Part shown: positions 57,162-64,000 of the stretch, one piece after another
Layout of the letters: each line of letters opens with the position of its first letter
Position numbering within the stretch: the first letter of the stretch is position 1
Origin: Planctomycetota bacterium
GTDB taxonomy: Bacteria > Planctomycetota > Planctomycetia > Gemmatales > Gemmataceae
Direction: 5' to 3'
NCBI GenBank assembly: GCA_021807595.1
Contig: JAKBCS010000002.1
Location: 2,178 to 66,177, forward strand
DNA length: 64,000 bases
Notes under the pieces: model-generated
What the model was told of the DNA's origin: nothing
The model's database searches: none
The model's input: the letters and a program-made list of their open reading frames with translations, nothing else
Translations under genes and position numbers: made by a program

Positions 57162-57300
57162 CCCGCATCGCGGGCGGATCGTTCCTCGTTCCCACGCTCC
57201 GCGTGGGAACGCACGTCCCGCCGCTCTGCGGCGAGAGAAACACGACGCAGTGCGTCTGCTCGGGCGTACTTACGCAAGAGCGTGGGAACGAGCGGGAACT
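57162..57300. repeat. cluster of short GC-rich palindromes (REP-like, family C)
   Basis: GTTCCCACGC TCC GCGTGGGAAC at 57188..57210, plus GACGCAGTGCGTC and a second CGTGGGAACGAGCGGGAAC. It lies between convergent genes. Confidence 0.6.
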
Positions 57301-57304
57301 TCGG

Positions 57305-58093
57305 TCACAAGGGCGTCTTGGGGAAGGGGGGCTTTTCGTTGTAGGTGTGCATCATGCGGTCGAGGAGCCAATCGGGTGCCCAGCGGGACAGCTTCATCAT
57401 GAATGCCAACTGCCAGGGGAAATTGTAAACTTTGCGTTTGCGTTCGAGAGCGGCGACGATTCGCTCCGCTGCTCGCTCGGCGCTCATCAGGAACGGCATT
57501 TTGAACTCGTTTACCTCGGTCATCGGCGTCTTTACGAATCCGGGGCAGATCGTCGTCACGGCGACGCCCTTGTTCCGCAGTTGCACGCGCAAGCCGTCCA
57601 TGAAGACGTTCACCGCTGCCTTGCTCGCCGTGTATCCCGATTCGCCCGGCAACCCCTTGTAGGCCGCCAAGCTGGATACGGCCGCCAGGTGTCCGCTTCG
57701 GCGTTCCAACATTTGCGGAAGAACGGCTTCCAGCGAATAGACGACGCCGAGGACGTTGACGCGGAACATCTTCTCCACATCGCCGACGTTCAACGGTTCG
57801 ACCGTGGTAGGCGCGCCCACGCCGGCATTGGCCACGAGCAGATCGACCGGCCCCAAGCGCCCGGCGACTTCGTGAATGGCGTCGAGCGCCTGCTGTCGTT
57901 CGGACACATCTCCCACCGCATGCGCGGCGATACCACCAAATTGTTCGATCTCGGCGGCAAGCGCCGCAAGTTGCTCGCGCCGCCGGGCCACGAGGCCGAC
58001 CTTGCACCCCTGAGCGGCGAGCGCGCGCGCCAAGGCCCAGCCAATGCCGCTGGATGCTCCGGTTATGACGGCGATTCGACCGGCAAACGACAT
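57305..58093 (-). CDS. short-chain dehydrogenase/reductase (SDR)
   Basis: TGASSGIG, NAG and YTASKAA motifs. A C-terminal hydrophobic segment follows. Confidence 0.9.
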   Translation of the reverse strand: MSFAGRIAVITGASSGIGWALARALAAQGCKVGLVARRREQLAALAAEIEQFGGIAAHAVGDVSERQQALDAIHEVAGRLGPVDLLVANAGVGAPTTVEPLNVGDVEKMFRVNVLGVVYSLEAVLPQMLERRSGHLAAVSSLAAYKGLPGESGYTASKAAVNVFMDGLRVQLRNKGVAVTTICPGFVKTPMTEVNEFKMPFLMSAERAAERIVAALERKRKVYNFPWQLAFMMKLSRWAPDWLLDRMMHTYNEKPPFPKTPL

Positions 58094-58296
58094 GATCTAC
58101 TCCGCAAAATCTTGCGTGCTTTCGTGGTTTCCCTCATCGGCGCGACAGGCACGGCCCGCGCCGCGAGCGCGCGAATGTCACTTTCGCGTCTGGATCGTTT
58201 CCATGCAAGCCCGATGTGTTCGCCGAACGTGTTACAATCTCCATGGGGCATCGCGCCTCTTTGGCGTCCGCCGCGAAACACGAAGGACAAGCAGCC

Positions 58297-60972
58297 ATGA
58301 AACCTCTCGGCGTCGGTTTGGGAACGCTTTGCCTACTCCTCGCTCCTCTCGCATCCCCAAGTCGAGGCGAGGCCGAGGCGGCACCCGAAACGCTCGACGT
58401 GCAAATCTCCTATCGCATCGGCGGATCGCGCAATCAGCATGTGTTGCTGTACTACGACATGATGCGTTACCTGAAAAAGCTCGGTTTCGCGCGCGATCCC
58501 GAAGAAGTGGTGCCGGAAACCGAACCGGAAGATCCGGATCGCACCCGGATTCGAGGTACCGTTCCCGCTCGCAACGCCGCCGCTTTGCTCCACGAGCGAC
58601 ACATTCGTTCCATCCAACTGATTTCCCACGGCGCGAAGCTGCCGGAGGATATGTCTAAGCGCTTACGCGTGGAAATCGCGCTGCATTCCGGCCTCTCACC
58701 CGAACAGCAGTACCAACTCAGCCGGCAGACGTTTGAAGTGTTGGCCGGTCTGTCGTTCTTTGAAGCGGCGGGGTACGACCATCGGGGTTACACTCGCTTG
58801 GTCGGATCTCTGCCGTTGGCGCGCGTGGATACCTTGCTGACCGACCTCCGCGTACAACCGGCGGCAAAGAATCTCGGGGCTCCGTTCCGCAACGTCTGGG
58901 CGGTGCGCATGTCGCGCCTATATCCCGATGCGCCCATCCCCGCTCCGCGACCGAGAGTCCCGCGCGTACCGAAGGAGCAAGAGAAACTCTCGCCCGAACT
59001 GCGCGAGGCACTCGGCGATGCGGCCGTCGCGGCGAAACCGACTCGTATGGAGGTTGTCCTCGCTCACACTCCGGATGCCGAGGATACCCGATTCATGGAG
59101 CGACTGCGCCACGCCGCCGCCGATGTTGTCGTGGAGGGGCGCCTCGGACCACTCGTAACGCTGGTTGCCCCACCGTCTCGGGCCGCTGCCTTAGCCGCGC
59201 TGCCGGAGACGAGCTACGTCCGTCTGCCGCGCTTGCCCCAGCCGACTCGGATGCTGCCGGAGACGGACCCCACGGAGTGGAAGCCTCTGTTGGACGCCAG
59301 CGGCGCGGCTCGTCTTCATGCGATGGGGCGAACGGGGCGTGGGACGCGCTTGGCTCTCGTGGACAGCGATTTTCGCGGCTGGGAAAAGCTCGTTGGAAAG
59401 GGATTGCCCCCCGAGACTCGCTTGCTCGATCTGACGGCCGAGCGCAATTCCGATTTGCTACCCGATCCATTCCCCGTCGGCGACACAACCGGAAATGGAA
59501 CGCGCCGCGCCCTCACGATCGCGCGCCTCGCGCCGGACATCGGCCTTACGCTTCTCCGCGTCGATCCCGCTTCCCCCTACATGGTCGAAGCGGTCGCTCG
59601 GGCCATCGAGGGAGATCCGAATCGATCGATCAATTTGCAGGCGCGATTGAGCGAGATCCAAGAAGATCAATTTGTCTTGGAAAAACGCCGCGACGATTTG
59701 GAGGAGGAACGCAAGATCGTTCTCGGTCTGTTCCCCACGCTTGGCGAATCGCACCTCAAGTTGTTGCAACAAGCGGAGGAGCAGAAATTGACACCCGAAC
59801 AGGTCGAAAAACTCCCCGCCGTCGCTCGATTGCCCGAACGAGAACGAGCCGCCATCCTCTATCGCGTCCGCCAACGCATCCACGAACGCGACATGCGCGC
59901 GTTCCACCAACGCCTCGAACGTTACTTAAAGTACAAGAAGGATCTGCAAGGCTTGCGCGGCATTCGCGTTGCCGCGTCGTCGCTGACGTGGAACGATGGT
60001 TTTCCAGTGGACGGCACGAGTGCCCTCAGCCGCTATTTCGACGACCGCCCCTTCCGCGGTGCCCTCTGGTTTCAGGCGGCCGGCGACACGCGCGGGCAAA
60101 GCTGGACGGGCCTGCTCCGCGACGCCGACGACAACGGCATCATGGAGTTTGACGATCTGCAAAAGAAGTTGCCCGCCCAGCGCTGGACGCCGGAGTTGAA
60201 CTTCCTCTCGTGGCAAGTGCCCAATGGAAAGACGACGGCCGAACTCCCCGCCGGAGCGCGACTCCATATTACCTTGCAATGGCGCGAGGCGCACGATCCG
60301 CTCTACGCTCAAACCGGAGAGGATCCCTACCGTCAGCCGCTCGCCCGCAATGTGCGCATCCTTCTCCTACGGCAACTCGATCCCACCGGCGCGCACCAGC
60401 CGATCGACGACATGGAAATCGTCGCTCAATCGGTAGATGCCGGCATGAGACTCAGCGCCGCGCCGAACGCGGCTTCTTATGAAATTACTTTGGACGTTCG
60501 CATTGCGCAGGCGGGGCGCTATGCCTTGCAGGTCGGCGGACGCGCGCCCGCGTCGATCTATCCGGCCGGCGATGCAACTCTACCGGCCATGCGGAAACGA
60601 AGCGATACTTGGATGCGTTTGTTCGTGTCGCCGATGGATGCGTCGGGGCGAGCGGTGTTTCGCGATTACACGACCGTCGCCGGCAGCATCGGCATGCCCG
60701 CCGACGCGCGGACCCCCGTTGCCGTGGGCGCAGCCGACGCACGCGATCGGGCGCAGCGGTACAGTGCTGGCGGAGCGCCGCTGGGCATGGAACTGCTTTC
60801 TAAACCGGACGTTTTGTCGTACGACCGGGGCCAAGGAACGGCGGAGGCCGCCGCCTTTGCAGCGGGGTTGACGGCGCTGGTCCCCGAGTCCGGACACACG
60901 CCGAACACCTGTTTACAGAACCTTCGCATACCCAGGGGAGGTCTCTTACGCTTGGGAAGCGATCCAAAGTAA
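58297..60972 (+). CDS. secreted subtilase (S8)-like protein with a degenerate catalytic triad and a coiled-coil insert
   Basis: It has a signal peptide. LALVDSDF retains the Asp. GNGTRRAL sits in place of GHGTHVAG. AAGD sits in place of AAGN. GQGTAEAAAFAAGLTAL sits in place of GTSMAxPxxAG. A charged helical insert of about 150 aa lies between the His and Asn regions. Confidence 0.55.
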   Translation: MKPLGVGLGTLCLLLAPLASPSRGEAEAAPETLDVQISYRIGGSRNQHVLLYYDMMRYLKKLGFARDPEEVVPETEPEDPDRTRIRGTVPARNAAALLHERHIRSIQLISHGAKLPEDMSKRLRVEIALHSGLSPEQQYQLSRQTFEVLAGLSFFEAAGYDHRGYTRLVGSLPLARVDTLLTDLRVQPAAKNLGAPFRNVWAVRMSRLYPDAPIPAPRPRVPRVPKEQEKLSPELREALGDAAVAAKPTRMEVVLAHTPDAEDTRFMERLRHAAADVVVEGRLGPLVTLVAPPSRAAALAALPETSYVRLPRLPQPTRMLPETDPTEWKPLLDASGAARLHAMGRTGRGTRLALVDSDFRGWEKLVGKGLPPETRLLDLTAERNSDLLPDPFPVGDTTGNGTRRALTIARLAPDIGLTLLRVDPASPYMVEAVARAIEGDPNRSINLQARLSEIQEDQFVLEKRRDDLEEERKIVLGLFPTLGESHLKLLQQAEEQKLTPEQVEKLPAVARLPERERAAILYRVRQRIHERDMRAFHQRLERYLKYKKDLQGLRGIRVAASSLTWNDGFPVDGTSALSRYFDDRPFRGALWFQAAGDTRGQSWTGLLRDADDNGIMEFDDLQKKLPAQRWTPELNFLSWQVPNGKTTAELPAGARLHITLQWREAHDPLYAQTGEDPYRQPLARNVRILLLRQLDPTGAHQPIDDMEIVAQSVDAGMRLSAAPNAASYEITLDVRIAQAGRYALQVGGRAPASIYPAGDATLPAMRKRSDTWMRLFVSPMDASGRAVFRDYTTVAGSIGMPADARTPVAVGAADARDRAQRYSAGGAPLGMELLSKPDVLSYDRGQGTAEAAAFAAGLTALVPESGHTPNTCLQNLRIPRGGLLRLGSDPK

Positions 60973-61035
60973 CCCCCTTCGGTTGGGTGGCATCGGAAGA
61001 ATGAAACGGCGTCGAAGCCATTCCGAGGAGAGTGC

Positions 61036-62529
61036 ATGAAAAGGATGCCGGAGGCGCTCGCGGAAGGAGTCTTCGATCTGCTTGTGATCGGCGGCGGCAT
61101 CACCGGGGCGGGCGTGGCTCTCGACGCCGTGACGCGCGGTTTGCGGGTGGCCTTGATCGACAAAGGCGACTTTGCAGGTGGTACAAGTAGTCTTTCGTCG
61201 AAGCTGGTTCACGGCGGGCTGCGCTATCTGGAACACGGCGATTTCCGGCTGGTCTACGAAGCGCTCCACGAGCGCGGCCGACTGTTGCGCAACGCCCCTC
61301 ATCTCGTCCGCCCCCTCCGCTTTGTTCTGCCCTTCTACGAAAAGGCTCGCGTTCCGGCGTGGAAGTTTCGGCTCGGCCTTGTCCTCTACGACATACTCGC
61401 CGGCGCGGGCAATCTCCAGCGCAGCCGCGCTTCGACGCCATCTCGACTGCGCCAGGAGTTCCCCCACCTTTCCCGGAAGCATTTACGCGCCGGAGCCGAA
61501 TACTACGATGCCCAGATGGACGATGCCCGGCTGTGTTTGGAGGTGCTGCGAACGGCAGCGCTGCGCGGGGCCGTCGTCGCCAATTACGTCGAAGCCACGA
61601 CAGTCGAGAAAAACGGCGTGCAAGCGTGCGATCGTGTCGGAGGCGGCGCGCTTTTCGTGACCGCCAAACAGATACTCAACGCCACCGGACCGTGGAGCGA
61701 CGCGGTGCGCCGTTTGGCCGGAGACGACGGCGAACCGCTGTTGCGTCCGACCAAGGGCGTCCATCTTCTCGCGGCGCATCGAGGTCTTTCCGCCGCCTTC
61801 TTGCTGCTCCATCCCGCCGATGGCCGCGTTTTCTTCGTCATCCCCTGGCTCAACAAAACGCTGCTCGGCACCACCGACACCCTTTGCGACGATTCGCCCG
61901 ACGACTTGCGGGTTCTGCCGAGCGACATTGAATACCTTCTTTCTGGATACAATAAATATTTCGATCCTCCTTTGTCCGAATCGGACGTGTTGGGAGCATT
62001 CGCCGGTCTGCGTCCGCTGATTCGCGCGCGTCCGGGCGATCCCTCGGCATTGTCGCGCGAGTTTCAATTGCACGCCTCACCATCGGGCCTGTTGACCGTT
62101 GCCGGAGGGAAGTACACCACCTATCGGCACATGGCCGAGATCATCGTCGATCGCGTCGTCCAGAATCTGGGACTCGCGCGCCGCTGTCGAACGCGCGCAT
62201 TTCCCCTCGACGGTGCGCCGCGCCAACCGTGGAGTTCGTTTTTCCCAGCGATGAAAAACGACCTGACGCGCCGTTGCCGGTTGGACGAAGAAACGGCAAG
62301 CCATCTGGTATCGCGCTACGGCCGCCGCGCCGTCGAGGTGGCCGATTATCTCGACCGCGACCCCGCGCTCGGCCATCGCGTCGTGGCCGAGGAGCCAGAC
62401 ATCTTCGCCGAATTCGCCTATCAACGCGATCGCGAAATGGCCCTGAGACCCGATGATTTTCTCCTACGCCGGACGCGCCTGGGCCTGTTTCATCCAGAGT
62501 TATTGACGAAAAAACTCGCGTGGAGCTAG
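61036..62529 (+). CDS. glpD: FAD-dependent glycerol-3-phosphate dehydrogenase
   Basis: DLLVIGGGITGAGVALDA and GGTSSLSSKLVHGGLRYLE, with collinear GlpD motifs to the C-terminus. Confidence 0.9.
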   Translation: MKRMPEALAEGVFDLLVIGGGITGAGVALDAVTRGLRVALIDKGDFAGGTSSLSSKLVHGGLRYLEHGDFRLVYEALHERGRLLRNAPHLVRPLRFVLPFYEKARVPAWKFRLGLVLYDILAGAGNLQRSRASTPSRLRQEFPHLSRKHLRAGAEYYDAQMDDARLCLEVLRTAALRGAVVANYVEATTVEKNGVQACDRVGGGALFVTAKQILNATGPWSDAVRRLAGDDGEPLLRPTKGVHLLAAHRGLSAAFLLLHPADGRVFFVIPWLNKTLLGTTDTLCDDSPDDLRVLPSDIEYLLSGYNKYFDPPLSESDVLGAFAGLRPLIRARPGDPSALSREFQLHASPSGLLTVAGGKYTTYRHMAEIIVDRVVQNLGLARRCRTRAFPLDGAPRQPWSSFFPAMKNDLTRRCRLDEETASHLVSRYGRRAVEVADYLDRDPALGHRVVAEEPDIFAEFAYQRDREMALRPDDFLLRRTRLGLFHPELLTKKLAWS

Positions 62530-62725
62530 TCGTCGAGGCACGTCGAATTTCTGGTCGAGGGACCGTCCACCGAAGGCGCGCTTCGCAACCTTGTCCCGCG
62601 CATCCTCGGCCCGGCAACAACCGTCCATGTAAGTTGTCGGATCGCATCGACCACGACTGGCATTCCTCGCGTCGTCGAATAGAGTAGGCGACGGACGATT
62701 CGCCTACTTTTCGGGAGACATATTT

Positions 62726-63619
62726 ATGCTTCGCCGACAATTCCTCAGTACCGGAACTTCTGTCGTAGGGTTGGCAGCCGCTTCTACCCAGATCGCTGCC
62801 GGGGCCGCCAAGGACGACGGTAAACCGAGATTTCAACTCGGCTTGGTGACGTACAATCTCGCCGAATCGTGGGATCTCGCCACGCTGCTGCGCGTGTGCA
62901 AGAGCGTGGGCATCTCGCCGGTCGAACTGCGAACGACGCACAAACACGGCGTGGAACCGTCGTTGAGCAAAGAGAAACGACGAGAAGTGCGCAAACGATT
63001 CGCCGATGCTGGGGTGGCGATTTGGGGCTGTGGAACGACGTGCGAGTTTCAGTCGCCAGACGCTGCCGTCGTGAAGAAGAACATCGAAACCTGCAAGCAA
63101 TTCGTCGATCTCGTTGCCGACTTGGGAGGGCGCGGAGTCAAAGTGAGGCCCAATGGACTGCCCAAGGAAGTGGCGGTCGAGAAGACGTTGGAGCAAATCG
63201 GCAAGGCGTTGATTCCGTGCGGACAAGCCGCCGCCGCCGCCGGCGTCGAGATTTGGCTCGAAGTCCACGGCGGGGGCACGGCGCATCCGCCGCGCATTAA
63301 AACCATCGTGGAACACTGCGCCCATCGCAGTGTCGGACTCACCTGGAACTGCAACTCCGGCGATGTGAAAAATGGATCCGTAGCGGAGTATTTCAATCTC
63401 TTGTGGCCGTGGATTCGTTCTTGTCACATTAACGAGCTATACAAGGACGCGGCCGGCGTTTATCCGTATCGAGAACTCTTCCGCCTGTTCCGCCAACGCG
63501 GCTACGATCGAGCGACCTTGTGCGAAGTAGGCCGAAGCGTGCCAAACGACAAGGCGGGCGAGGAAATGCTGCGCTATTACAAAGCCCTATGGACGGAATT
63601 GAATCGCGGCGAGGGGTAA
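62726..63619 (+). CDS. Tat-exported sugar-phosphate isomerase/epimerase (xylose-isomerase-like TIM barrel)
   Basis: It has a twin-arginine signal (MLRRQFLSTG...AAGAA) and AP-endonuclease-2/TIM-barrel-like strands (VELR, IWLEVHG). Confidence 0.75.
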   Translation: MLRRQFLSTGTSVVGLAAASTQIAAGAAKDDGKPRFQLGLVTYNLAESWDLATLLRVCKSVGISPVELRTTHKHGVEPSLSKEKRREVRKRFADAGVAIWGCGTTCEFQSPDAAVVKKNIETCKQFVDLVADLGGRGVKVRPNGLPKEVAVEKTLEQIGKALIPCGQAAAAAGVEIWLEVHGGGTAHPPRIKTIVEHCAHRSVGLTWNCNSGDVKNGSVAEYFNLLWPWIRSCHINELYKDAAGVYPYRELFRLFRQRGYDRATLCEVGRSVPNDKAGEEMLRYYKALWTELNRGEG

Positions 63620-63732
63620 GGCGCGGCGAGGCCTCCGGTGGTTTTCGCTTCACTCTGTCTTCACAATGCGTATCTTGATGGAGAGGAGCCGTGTGTCGCG
63701 GCCGGGCGGAACAACCGAAACTCTGCGAATTC

Positions 63733-64000
63733 ATGTACCAAAACAATCGACTCAAAGTGTTCAGCGGCCGGGCCAACGTCGCCCTGGCGGAGAAGATCGC
63801 GCGCCACCTCGGAGACTCGCTTGGCCGCATCACGCTGTCTAATTTTCCCGACGGCGAGGTGCTGGTGCGCATCGACGAGGATGTGCGCGGGCGCGACATC
63901 TTTCTCGTCCAGCCGACGTGCCCGCCGGTCAACGAGAATCTGATGGAGCTGTTGATTATGATCGACAGCTTCAAACGGGCCAGCGCCGCGCGCATCACCG
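63733..64000 (+). CDS. prs: ribose-phosphate pyrophosphokinase (5' fragment, runs off the window)
   Basis: This gene is not in the ORF track because it has no stop in the window. My translation is MYQNNRLKVFSGRANVALAEKIARHLGDSLGRITLSNFPDGEVLVRIDEDVRGRDIFLVQPTCPPVNENLMELLIMIDSFKRASAARIT, which is collinear with the E. coli Prs N-terminus. Confidence 0.85.
   Translation, partial: MYQNNRLKVFSGRANVALAEKIARHLGDSLGRITLSNFPDGEVLVRIDEDVRGRDIFLVQPTCPPVNENLMELLIMIDSFKRASAARIT

Overview
High-GC (roughly 60% by eye) bacterial chromosomal segment. The gene content points to Planctomycetota, which is an inference only: giant secreted or membrane proteins, DUF11 repeats, an RRM/RGG protein, an H4MPT-type orf5/orf7 pair, Tat-exported TIM-barrel enzymes and dense GC-rich palindromic repeats. 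I support about 50 protein-coding genes, mostly core housekeeping. They include icd, nadA, dnaB, the rpsF-ssb-rplI and ctc-pth ribosomal clusters, cobL, hemD, ilvB, queA, glpD and a 5' fragment of prs. Envelope genes are interspersed: a MATE pump, a CPBP protease, an ArnT-like glycosyltransferase, a DUF11 protein, an LptD-like protein and DgkA. I found no rRNA, tRNA, CRISPR array, transposase, integrase or recognisable defence genes. The items most worth follow-up are listed here.
1. A 10.9-kb tandem of two giant genes (34887..45758) appears to encode three paralogous ~1,100-aa units. Each unit starts with a signal-peptide-like segment and ends in a 3-helix membrane bundle. I recognise no function for them.
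2. A 133-aa basic protein (23112..23513) has a core that aligns by eye to the eukaryotic linker-histone H1/H5 (GH1) helices and is flanked by two canonical AT-hooks.
3. A heptamer-array leader motif sits directly 5' of the RBS of icd, of a divergent zinc-ribbon gene and of rpsF.
4. There are three families of palindromic REP-like repeats. One is a perfect 62-bp copy that splits an ADP-ribosylglycohydrolase-like ORF.
5. A subtilase-like protein has every catalytic residue except the Asp replaced.
6. A 440-nt convergent intergenic region contains nested hairpins, including a UUCG-capped stem followed by a U-tract, and could encode an unannotated RNA.
All family assignments come from motif recognition by eye. 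None has been checked by a database search.
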